NCBI GenBank assembly: GCA_963827685.1
Contig: CAWHBU010000003.1
Span: forward strand, 1,174,140 to 1,238,139
Origin: an uncultured delta proteobacterium
GTDB lineage: Bacteria > Desulfobacterota > BSN033 > UBA1163
Reading direction: 5' to 3'
Length of the DNA stretch: 64,000 nucleotides
Below the pieces are notes generated by a model that did no database searches, had not been told where the DNA came from, and saw nothing but the letters and a program-made list of their open reading frames with translations. Made by a program: the position numbers and the translations under genes. How positions within the stretch are numbered: the first letter of the stretch is position 1; every line of letters begins with the position of its first letter. Positions 40,284 through 49,059 of the stretch are shown piece after piece.

Positions 40284-41108
40284 TCACAGAAGAAGAGACG
40301 TGACCACATAATCTGCAACGAGGATGAGCACGCACGATACCACCACTGCCGACGTGGTGGATAGCCCCACGGCCTTCGCACCGTAGCTATCCCTTCGCAG
40401 ATGTGTATAGTAACCTTGAAAGCAGCAGATCATTGAGACCAGGACAGCGAACACCACTGCCTTGACAAAGCCTCCCGTGATATCCTCCATCTCCACCCCG
40501 GCCCGCACATGGTGAAAGTAGGTGCCTGCGTTGAGACCCATCAGCATCACCCCGGTGATGAACCCACCAACGATACCAATGAGATCAAAGATGGCCGTCA
40601 GCAGCGGGAAGCTGATGATGGAAGCGGCGATCCTCGGACTGACCAGATACCGGAGCGGATCAATCCGCATGGTGTCAAGAGCGTCGATCTGCTCGGAGAT
40701 GCGTTGGATGCCAATTTCTGCGGCCATGGAGGAGCCTGCTCGAGCCGTGATCATGATGGCTGTGAGCACGGGGCCCAGCTCCCTGATCAACGACAGCGCC
40801 ACCGCTGTGCCCAGAACACCCGCTGACCCGAACTTCACGAGTGTATGAAAAAGCTGGAGTCCCAGAACCATGCCAGTGAACAGGCCGACGAGCATCACGA
40901 TCGTGGCGGACCTGGCTCCGATGAAATAGACCTGTTGAATGATGATAGGGAACTGCTTGGGATGAAAGATCAACAGAAATGCCCTGAAAAGAAAGAGGAC
41001 CATTGCGCCGAGTTCATTGACCCAGCGTATCACCGTCCTGCCCAGGGAGGTAACCGTTGATGCAAAAAACGTAAAACTTAGTGAACCTTTATGTCTAAAA
41101 GGTTTCAT
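40284..41108 (-). CDS. mlaE: MlaE permease
   Basis: RELGPVLTA...AEIG...EQIDAL. Confidence 0.92.
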   Translation of the reverse strand: MKPFRHKGSLSFTFFASTVTSLGRTVIRWVNELGAMVLFLFRAFLLIFHPKQFPIIIQQVYFIGARSATIVMLVGLFTGMVLGLQLFHTLVKFGSAGVLGTAVALSLIRELGPVLTAIMITARAGSSMAAEIGIQRISEQIDALDTMRIDPLRYLVSPRIAASIISFPLLTAIFDLIGIVGGFITGVMLMGLNAGTYFHHVRAGVEMEDITGGFVKAVVFAVLVSMICCFQGYYTHLRRDSYGAKAVGLSTTSAVVVSCVLILVADYVVTSLLL

Positions 41109-41453
41109 AGCCGATAAGGAAGATGGTGGCGTCGCCCTACTCCTTCATTTCCACATTACAGACATACTCCCAATGATGGGGGATAGACAAAGTGCGGTTA
41201 TGCGTACATCGAGATGAAATCCCATCATTTTCCTCCCTATTTCACACTCTACCACTTCTCATACCCTTCCTTCAAATCTAAAGTCTCCGATGGAGTTCTT
41301 CTCATACTTAAGGAATAAATATAGAATATCATAAACAGCGAGTGTGTCAATTGGTTCTCCATCTGAAGAAAAAATACTTTCCCCATTAACCTTCTCCATG
41401 CCTACCGGCAGGCACGCCCATGGGGGAGGATAGGATCTGTTCATAATCGGTCC

Positions 41454-41963
41454 CTATGGCTGGGTTAACAATAAATCTCCCACGAACTTCCAACCCCTTA
41501 AGCGACCATCACCAATTCTTGCAATGATTTCTTTGCAGGCTTTTTCGTAATCATCAAACAGATCTTCCGAAACCAAGACAAGTCTATTCGCGCCCCGAAT
41601 CTCCTTTACTTCGAGATGATTGGCATCAAATTTTGCTTTTTCAGATTTTCGAACCAGTTCTAATGGTGACTCCGGTAAAATAACATGCAATAGACCGCAA
41701 CGTAGATTCTCATACAAATCAAAGGGCCTTCCGCTTCCCTGATTGAATTTACGATAGGATGTTGGAAAAAGATCATAAATGGCTCTTCTGAAGCGTGGAG
41801 CGCTTAAACCCTTAGCTGAAAAAGGCTCTGAATCAAGGCAGGCTCCCAAAAATTCTATCCCCTGGCAGAGGAGGCTAAACGAAATATAATGATGACCCTC
41901 GTCTTGTTGAACTTTCTTGAATTCATCTATCAAAATCTTCTGGATAAAATCCAAGATCTTCAT
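41454..41963 (-). CDS. Hypothetical HEPN-like protein
   Basis: GIEFLGACL and YENLRCGLLH (RxxxxH). Confidence 0.5.
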   Translation of the reverse strand: MKILDFIQKILIDEFKKVQQDEGHHYISFSLLCQGIEFLGACLDSEPFSAKGLSAPRFRRAIYDLFPTSYRKFNQGSGRPFDLYENLRCGLLHVILPESPLELVRKSEKAKFDANHLEVKEIRGANRLVLVSEDLFDDYEKACKEIIARIGDGRLRGWKFVGDLLLTQP

Positions 41964-42245
41964 CAAATGCGCCCCTGTAATCCTAAACCTAAATTGTATT
42001 TTACTCGAACGCAGAACGATACTCAACTCCCGCATTCTGAAAGAGAACAAACCAGCAGTGCGCTCACCAAATCTCCTCAGGACTTACTTCTCTTATCTGA
42101 AGGTCGCTGCTTAAAAAAGCACGCCGCCATGCCGGCCATCATGATGTCAAGTCACAGCAGGCTCTGCATCAGTTTCCACAATCCTATTGCTATAAACTGG
42201 AGAAAAGGTTACCTTTAACCCTAACCACTGCGAAGGAGGCTTTTC

Positions 42246-43244
42246 ATGCACCACGTTGGAATTATTGGAACGGGCTCTTATGTTCCGGAAAGGGTGCTTA
42301 CTAACTCTGATCTGGAAAAGATGGTGGAGACCAGTGACAAATGGATCTTGGAAAGAACAGGCATCCGTGAGCGAAGGATCGCAGCGAAGGAAGAAACCAA
42401 CGTTACCATGGGCAGACTTGCCCTCGAAAGGGCCATAGAAAACGCACACGTCGACTCCACAGAGATTGAGATGCTCTTGGTTGGCACCAATACCACTGAC
42501 CCGATGTGGCCCTCTGCCGCGGGCCACATCGCACAGCTTCTCAATCTTCGTAAAAACATGCCTTTCTTTGATCTGCAGGCGGGATGTACCGGTTTCAATT
42601 ATTCTCTGGCCGTCGCAGAGCAATTTGTAAAATCAGGGCAATATAAAACGGTCGCTGTGGTCGGATCGGACAAGCTTTCGGCCATCACCAATTATAGGGA
42701 TAGAAATACGTGCGTCCTCTTTGGAGATGGGGCAGGAGCCGTGGTATTACGGCGGAGGACGAAAGAAGGCATCATCCGATCGTATCTCGGCGGTGAATAT
42801 AGATTGCGTCATACCCTTGTGCTTCGCGATCATGAAGACAACGGCCATCGATTCATGTGGATGGAGGGTAAAAAGGTCTATGCCTTTGCCAAAGGGGCTA
42901 TGGCCGAAAGCTGCCTGCGGGTCCTTGACCCGGATGGGAGGGCGAGCAAAAAAGAGCTCCGGGCATTGCTCAATCAGGTTGACAGAATCATTCCCCATCA
43001 GGCCAATGCAAGGATCATCAGAAGCGCTGCAGACGAACTCGAATCCAGACTCGAACTTCCCGATGGGGCAGTTAGAAATAAGATGGTTGTTACAATTGAC
43101 AAGTATGGGAACAACTCCACGGCCTCCATTCCTCTCGCTCTTGACGAGGCCATTCGAGAAGGGAAGCTTCGGACGGGGAATCTTGTGATTCTTGTCGGTT
43201 TCGGAGCTGGCCTCACTTACGGTGCCAATCTGGTGAGGTTGTAG
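42246..43244 (+). CDS. fabH: 3-oxoacyl-ACP synthase III
   Basis: AGCTGF, LFGDGAGA, PHQAN and YGNNS. Confidence 0.93.
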   Translation: MHHVGIIGTGSYVPERVLTNSDLEKMVETSDKWILERTGIRERRIAAKEETNVTMGRLALERAIENAHVDSTEIEMLLVGTNTTDPMWPSAAGHIAQLLNLRKNMPFFDLQAGCTGFNYSLAVAEQFVKSGQYKTVAVVGSDKLSAITNYRDRNTCVLFGDGAGAVVLRRRTKEGIIRSYLGGEYRLRHTLVLRDHEDNGHRFMWMEGKKVYAFAKGAMAESCLRVLDPDGRASKKELRALLNQVDRIIPHQANARIIRSAADELESRLELPDGAVRNKMVVTIDKYGNNSTASIPLALDEAIREGKLRTGNLVILVGFGAGLTYGANLVRL

Positions 43245-43391
43245 TGTCGCGATCCCGTCCATGATGGGGATAGATTGGGCGTATTGACAAAATCAACCTC
43301 GATGACAAGGACTAATGTGGGGATTCTAAACTAAGCACCAGCACTGAAGAGATAATGATTTTCTGGGAAGAGATTGATTCTCGCACTTAAT

Positions 43392-44024
43392 TCAATTCTT
43401 TTTTAATCTCTCAATTTCCTTTCTGATTTGTTCAATAACTTCAGGATTGTAAATGATTTTCTTTTTCCCTTCTTTCACGGAAATAATGTAGAACACCTTG
43501 CCACCATATTTTTCTGTGAACTTCTCATGTGTCTTTTTTTGAAACTCTAATTCATTGATAATTTGAGTAATGTAAGCATAACCTGCCGGTTTTATTTGAA
43601 GCCCAATGTATTTGTCTATTACCTTGATGAAAAAATCTACATTGTATCCTCTATCCCATTCATCTGGCGCCGGTTCTATTTTAACCCCTAATGCCTGTTC
43701 TAATTGCCCGTAAATGGTCTGTATTTCAGACTGAAACCCGTCAAAGGTTCGATTGATGACCAAGTTAACGACAAAATCGATACAATCATCTTCAGTTATA
43801 TTTTCAATTTCAGCTCTACATACTTCCGTTACCTTAACGTAAAGTCTCCTTCCAAGGTCCTCCAAATGTTTTTTAGAGTAGGCATTCTTGTAATAATAAC
43901 GTTCCCAATGCTCCAAAGATTTTGGTGCACACTTCCGTATTTCTTCCGAGACCTTCCCAACATTCTTAGGTCGGTTGAACTGCTACCGCATATTCGCTTG
44001 GTTGAGTATCCACTCTTTTGCCAC
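43392..44024 (-). pseudogene. MjaI-family restriction endonuclease with a premature TAG
   Basis: GTG start MAKEWILNQANMR, TAG at 43983-43985, then in-frame continuation to VDFFI...GLQIKP. Confidence 0.7.
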
Positions 44025-44028
44025 AGAT

Positions 44029-45117
44029 TTAGATTATTCTCCTTATTTTCAGTCGATTATAGGAGGGGGGATTATAATCAAATTTAATCAAGCGAATTTT
44101 CCGCCCTGTTGTATTAAAATTTCTGATGAAGTTAATGCAATCTCTATTAAAACCCCTCGAAAAAATTATTCCTTCGACAGTCTTATAATCCCCATATGCA
44201 ATGCTCTCCGTAATCCAGTCGGTATATCCTATGAGTTGGTTAATATCATCGGGGAAAATACTGTTTTCCTTTTTTACTTCAATTACCTTATATTTTCTAA
44301 GACCCGCTACCAATTCCTGGTAACCAAAAATATCCATAAATCTCAAATACCCTCCTGGCAAATTATTACCAAAACAGGTAAAGGGGCCCAATGCGCGGTC
44401 TAATATATTGTTTCTCCCTATATTTTCAAGTACCCAGCCCTCAATTATTTTCTCATCAATCACGATATTGGGGTTCAAAATAAATTTAATAGGAACATAA
44501 CTTCCTAAATTCAATGGCTTCACAACTTGTCTTTTAGGCCTATCTGAATTTTCCCTTTCAAGAACCTTTATCAACTCAAAAGCCTCATCAATCATCAACG
44601 GTCTTACTGTCCTTGCAGCATCGGTATACTTCCATCTCTCCGGAATTGACCAAATTTTCCTCTTGAATTTCAGCTCAAATACTTCATTAGAGTCAATTCC
44701 ATTTTTAAAACACAAGTTCCTATTTTTGTCATCAATGAACTGTTTTATTGCCATGCGACGGTAATACCCTAATTCGGGTACTGACCCTATAATATTCTTC
44801 CATCCGCTTCGGGGGCGTTTCGGGTTAGGTTTGTAGTGAATGTTTTTGCTCAAAAATGATTTAGGCACTTTTGGATTTTCACAAAATTCAGTTACCGCCT
44901 GGAATACGCCATAAATTTTCTTCCCTGCATGGACAAATATTATGTCACCCTTACGTATCGTTTTCATATCAGCATACATACTGTAGCTTATACGGCAGGC
45001 GCTGGAAAGTTGACCTGGCTTGGTGCCTGACATTACAATTCCGACACCAAGGTATCCCCCAAGAAGAAATGTATTGAGAAATTTATTTTCATCACAATTT
45101 ATGATATGTGCATTCAT
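44029..45117 (-). CDS. PUA/EVE-like + PD-(D/E)xK nuclease
   Basis: IRKGDIIFVH...IYGVF at the N-terminus; E...MDIFG...VIEVK...QLxxY at the C-terminus. Confidence 0.6.
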   Translation of the reverse strand: MNAHIINCDENKFLNTFLLGGYLGVGIVMSGTKPGQLSSACRISYSMYADMKTIRKGDIIFVHAGKKIYGVFQAVTEFCENPKVPKSFLSKNIHYKPNPKRPRSGWKNIIGSVPELGYYRRMAIKQFIDDKNRNLCFKNGIDSNEVFELKFKRKIWSIPERWKYTDAARTVRPLMIDEAFELIKVLERENSDRPKRQVVKPLNLGSYVPIKFILNPNIVIDEKIIEGWVLENIGRNNILDRALGPFTCFGNNLPGGYLRFMDIFGYQELVAGLRKYKVIEVKKENSIFPDDINQLIGYTDWITESIAYGDYKTVEGIIFSRGFNRDCINFIRNFNTTGRKIRLIKFDYNPPSYNRLKIRRII

Positions 45118-45141
45118 GGTTTCTTGCCTTTTATATGATTA

Positions 45142-45680
45142 GTAAAGAACCCCGCAGCAGAGCTGCGGGGCATTAAAATTCAAAACTTAATTGCTCCTGT
45201 TGCTGATACTTTATATAGCGACGTATGACTTCAGAGGTAACTTTGTCTCCAACAGACCGAACAAAATACCCATCACTCCAAAACTCTCCACCCCAAAGCT
45301 CTTTCTTCACCTCTGGAAACTGCTTGAACACCATTTTCGCCGAGATACTCTTTATGATCTGCACAATCTCTGCCGGACAATACCGAGGAGGGGCAGACAA
45401 AAATAAATGAACATGATCATCCTTTACCTCCATCGTATCTATCTCAAACTCGTACCTCTCCGATATTTGCTCAAAACTCATCTTAAGCCTTTTTGCCAAC
45501 TCACCTCCCAATATCATCTTCCGATATTTGGGAACCCATACCATATGATATTTCAAATCGTAGACCGCATGGCTTGTTCTTTTTATCGAGCTCATGCAGT
45601 ACTTATACCATGTCTTATCGCTTCGCGAACCTGTTTTCATCCGCCCAGCAGAGCTGGGCGGTATTCAACAGGTATTTTTT
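45142..45680 (-). mobile_element. IS200-family element, copy 1
   Basis: Appears identical to 63017-63555; subterminal hairpins CCCCGCAGC-AGA-GCTGCGGGG and CCGCCCAGC-AGA-GCTGGGCGG; inserted after TTTAT. Confidence 0.93.
45173..45640 (-). CDS. tnpA: Y1 HUH transposase
   Basis: YHMVWVPKYR, DHVH, FWSDGYF and YIKYQ. Confidence 0.95.
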   Translation of the reverse strand: MKTGSRSDKTWYKYCMSSIKRTSHAVYDLKYHMVWVPKYRKMILGGELAKRLKMSFEQISERYEFEIDTMEVKDDHVHLFLSAPPRYCPAEIVQIIKSISAKMVFKQFPEVKKELWGGEFWSDGYFVRSVGDKVTSEVIRRYIKYQQQEQLSFEF

Positions 45681-46951
45681 ATAAATTTCAACTTATATTT
45701 ATAATCTAACGTTGTATCTACATCAACCAGTTCGTTCTTAATCAAATGAGCATTTAAAAAAGTCTTGTTCCAAAGATAGAGGTAGCAAAGTAGGTTATTT
45801 TCTTCGTCGTATTTAACTGTGTCAAACCTCAAAAATACCTTTTGGCCGCGTGTCTTTTCTTTTAAAAACTGAATGGCTGCGCCGTTTTTGTCCGGTTTCG
45901 CTTTCACTCCCAATAGTCTGGCTTTTAGCTCATTATCTAGAATCACGATCTCTGGTGATATGACTTCTTTTACCAAATGATATTTTTCTCTTTGAGAATC
46001 CATATCAGCGGATATTTTTGAGCCGAATTTCAATTTTTTGGGGTCAATCTTCTTGTCAAACTTTATAGGATCTTTGAAGATGTAGGGAAGTCTACCAATC
46101 CTTTCCTGAAAGTCTATCGGTGCTCCTTCTTGTTTGATTATTTCAACAACTGCTTCCTTAAAGATATCTTTCTGTCGTATTCCGAGCTTCTCTCTAATTG
46201 TAGGCAAGAAATCTTCATTTATTTCATACCCAATCGAGTTTCTATCCAGATTTTTGGCTGCCAGGGATGTAGTCCCGCTACCTAAGAACGGATCAAGGAC
46301 AGTATCATCAGCAAAACTAAACATCTTTATAAGCTGCCTCGGTAATTCCTCGGGAAACATTGCCAAGTGTTTATCCTGTTTTTCACCAGGGAAGTTCCAG
46401 TGACCAGTAAAGTATTGACTCCATTCTTCGTGTGTTAATTTTGATTGTTCTTTAATTTTTCTACTGACTTTCGGCGATTCACCATATTTTTTAAAAATCA
46501 AGATAAATTCGTAATCCAGTTTTATAATTCCGCTCCGAGGGTACGGGTAGGAACCCATCACAGTTGCCCCACCTGTTGTATGACAGGAGGTCACCTTCTG
46601 CCAGATGATAGCACCCATGTAATCGAAGCCTGAATTTTCACAGAACTTGATTATCTCTGTCCGTATTGGAATAATTTTATATCTTCCGTAATAAACAGAA
46701 CGAGCAAATTGGTCACCTATGTTAATGCACAAACGACAACCTTTATGTAGAACCCGCTGACATTCACTCCAGACCAAATTAAGATTGTTAATATACTCCT
46801 CATAGGTGTCATTGAAACCTATCTGTTTCCCATTGCCATAGTCTTTTAATTGCCAATAAGGGGGAGAAGTAATAACGAGATGGGTTGATTCATCTTGAAC
46901 CTCTTTCATCAACCTCGAATCCCCAATGATTATTTTGTGCCAAGTTTTCAT
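45665..46951 (-). CDS. Beta-class N4C/N6A DNA methyltransferase fused to an SNase-like domain; 3' end replaced by IS200
   Basis: TSPPY and DPFLGSGTT; C-terminal ARLLGV...LCYLYL...FLNAHLIK. Confidence 0.88.
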   Translation of the reverse strand: MKTWHKIIIGDSRLMKEVQDESTHLVITSPPYWQLKDYGNGKQIGFNDTYEEYINNLNLVWSECQRVLHKGCRLCINIGDQFARSVYYGRYKIIPIRTEIIKFCENSGFDYMGAIIWQKVTSCHTTGGATVMGSYPYPRSGIIKLDYEFILIFKKYGESPKVSRKIKEQSKLTHEEWSQYFTGHWNFPGEKQDKHLAMFPEELPRQLIKMFSFADDTVLDPFLGSGTTSLAAKNLDRNSIGYEINEDFLPTIREKLGIRQKDIFKEAVVEIIKQEGAPIDFQERIGRLPYIFKDPIKFDKKIDPKKLKFGSKISADMDSQREKYHLVKEVISPEIVILDNELKARLLGVKAKPDKNGAAIQFLKEKTRGQKVFLRFDTVKYDEENNLLCYLYLWNKTFLNAHLIKNELVDVDTTLDYKYKLKFIKNTC

Positions 46952-47016
46952 ATCATCGTTATCTTAAAATTTTAACCTATCTAGAGAATTTAGATTGGCC
47001 GTTTCCCTTCTCCCTC

Positions 47017-47757
47017 TCAACAATTGCATACAGTCCTTACCATATCGACAGCCGCTGGGATTTCATCCCATGTTCTGCCTTCAAGCTTCCGCCCAGTCTT
47101 CTTCCTGTTTGGACCACCCCATTGTTTAAAGAAAAATGACACTTTCGTCCTCTGACATCGGTTACGGATATCAACAGCCCACAAGGCATCCATAGGTCTC
47201 GCCTGATGCCCGGATTCTCCCCCTACAATGACCCAGTCTATCCCTTTGAGATTGAGAGCATGTATAGGTCCAAGAAGTGGTTCAAAAGATATAAATTTAA
47301 TTTTTGCCCCAGTTTTGCGTAGATGGTCGATTCTGAAAGTACACTCTTGATTTTCAACACTGACTCCCATCCAAATGTTGGGATTCCAGGAAAGTTTGGG
47401 ATTGAGTTCAAGAAGTCGGTCCGATCTTTTTGTTAGAATCTGGAAACGATGCCAATGGGCCTGTTCCATGATATGAAAGACCCTCTGAATAAATTTAGCT
47501 GGGACATTCTCATGGAAAAGATCGCTCATCGAGTTTACAAAGATAGTTTGCGGTTTCCTCCACGCCAGCGGCAGTTCTAGGACTTTCTCGTGTAGAGCAA
47601 CCCTAAATCCATTGCTATAGTTGGGTTGACCCATCGCCTGAAGCCGCTTGGCCATACGCTCGGCATAGCAATGCCTACATCCGGAGCTGACCTTGGTGCA
47701 ACCGGTGACGGGATTCCATGTGGCTTCAGTCCATTCAATTTTCGAAACTGAACTCAT
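47017..47757 (-). CDS. DUF5131 (phage Gp37/Gp68-like) protein
   Basis: IEWTEATWNPVTGCTKVSSGCRHCYA, FVNSMSDLFH and WVIVGGESG. Confidence 0.92.
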   Translation of the reverse strand: MSSVSKIEWTEATWNPVTGCTKVSSGCRHCYAERMAKRLQAMGQPNYSNGFRVALHEKVLELPLAWRKPQTIFVNSMSDLFHENVPAKFIQRVFHIMEQAHWHRFQILTKRSDRLLELNPKLSWNPNIWMGVSVENQECTFRIDHLRKTGAKIKFISFEPLLGPIHALNLKGIDWVIVGGESGHQARPMDALWAVDIRNRCQRTKVSFFFKQWGGPNRKKTGRKLEGRTWDEIPAAVDMVRTVCNC

Positions 47758-47768
47758 TAGGCGTAATC

Positions 47769-48896
47769 CTATTTGTGGGCGCGAATTCGTGCACCGCTTA
47801 CAACAGTGTTCTTCCTTTGCCCAGGCTGCCGTTTGATTGACACTTTACCGTCATCCTCTAATTCGACCAATGCTTCCTTTATGGTCTTGGCCACACCAGT
47901 GGTGTTAGCATATGCCCAATCCTCTATCTCATCGTAATCTACCCAACCCTTCGCGTTCCGCCATAGCTCTTCGATTCGGTCACGTAGCGCAACCTTGTCT
48001 GGATTCTCAAAGAGACTCATCTGCTCGGAAACCAACCCAATGGCTTCGAACCGATAGGGTGCGTCACTGACTTTTGCCATATTGTTCTTCATGGTCTTGA
48101 GTGCCCGAATGTCTTTCGAAGCGTGAATGAGATAGTACCGGGGGCGTGTTCCCTGACTAGGTGTGTTAACCCTGAAAGGCATTACATACTGAGCACCGGC
48201 TTTCAAAAGGCAAGTGGAGTAAAGGTTGACAAAGAATGCGTACTTCTGTTCTGGCGTAGTGCATTCAGAAACTTTTTTAAAGTCATCGGTGCCGAACAGG
48301 GCTATCATATCCTCTTCGAATCGCTCCTGCTCCCAAAACCTTACAATATCGTAGACCATAAAATTGACGAAGAGCTCAGCGCGTGGATAGGTTAATAAAC
48401 GTCCCAAACTCTTCATAGGGTACCCGCTGTACCCGCGTGGGTCAATGAAAAAGAACAGCGGTTGGTATCGCAAATTGGTCTGGTCGAATAGGTCAAGCAC
48501 TTCATTGACTTTGTCATCGAACTCAGCATTGTGTACCTGCCAATCCTGGTTGTGTCTATTGAGTTTGTCTATCTTCTTTTTCAACATCTCCGTGCACTGG
48601 GCATTTCTGTCGACGCAGTGCATTATGACCGACCGCTTCGGGTCTTCGTCGAGATACTTGTTCGCAACTTCTGCAACCAACAATGGAGACCCACAGCATT
48701 CATCCGTCTTAGACTCGTCGTTGTAGTATGTCCCCGGACCGCAAAAACCGTCAAAGTAAACCACCTTTTGCTCCTTGCCCAGCCTGGATTGGACTGCAAA
48801 GAATATTGCCATCCAAGGGTCAATGTACTTTGTAAGTAACGCGTGTTTGATGCGAGTATGTTCATCAATTACCCAAGGTATCTCAACGACAGTCAT
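47769..48896 (-). CDS. tcmP: Three-Cys-motif partner protein
   Basis: HTRIKH..L..Y, YFDGFCGPG, GSP and FFIDPRG; adjacent to DUF5131. Confidence 0.85.
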   Translation of the reverse strand: MTVVEIPWVIDEHTRIKHALLTKYIDPWMAIFFAVQSRLGKEQKVVYFDGFCGPGTYYNDESKTDECCGSPLLVAEVANKYLDEDPKRSVIMHCVDRNAQCTEMLKKKIDKLNRHNQDWQVHNAEFDDKVNEVLDLFDQTNLRYQPLFFFIDPRGYSGYPMKSLGRLLTYPRAELFVNFMVYDIVRFWEQERFEEDMIALFGTDDFKKVSECTTPEQKYAFFVNLYSTCLLKAGAQYVMPFRVNTPSQGTRPRYYLIHASKDIRALKTMKNNMAKVSDAPYRFEAIGLVSEQMSLFENPDKVALRDRIEELWRNAKGWVDYDEIEDWAYANTTGVAKTIKEALVELEDDGKVSIKRQPGQRKNTVVSGARIRAHK

Positions 48897-49059
48897 GATA
48901 TGGACCTACCTATGGGTGAATACTTGTTCGAGAGACGTTTCAAATGTACATCTTGATCCACAAAATATCATAAAGGAAGAATATGTCAATTGGTTTTATG
49001 GATAATGAGATTGCCACGTCGCTTGTGCTCCTCGCAATGACAATGCAATAATTCGCTCT

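Noticed and set aside
43983-43985. Pyrrolysine or other recoding of the TAG
   Set aside because: No pyl context; a single TGG-to-TAG change is the simpler explanation, and TAG serves as a normal stop elsewhere in the window.
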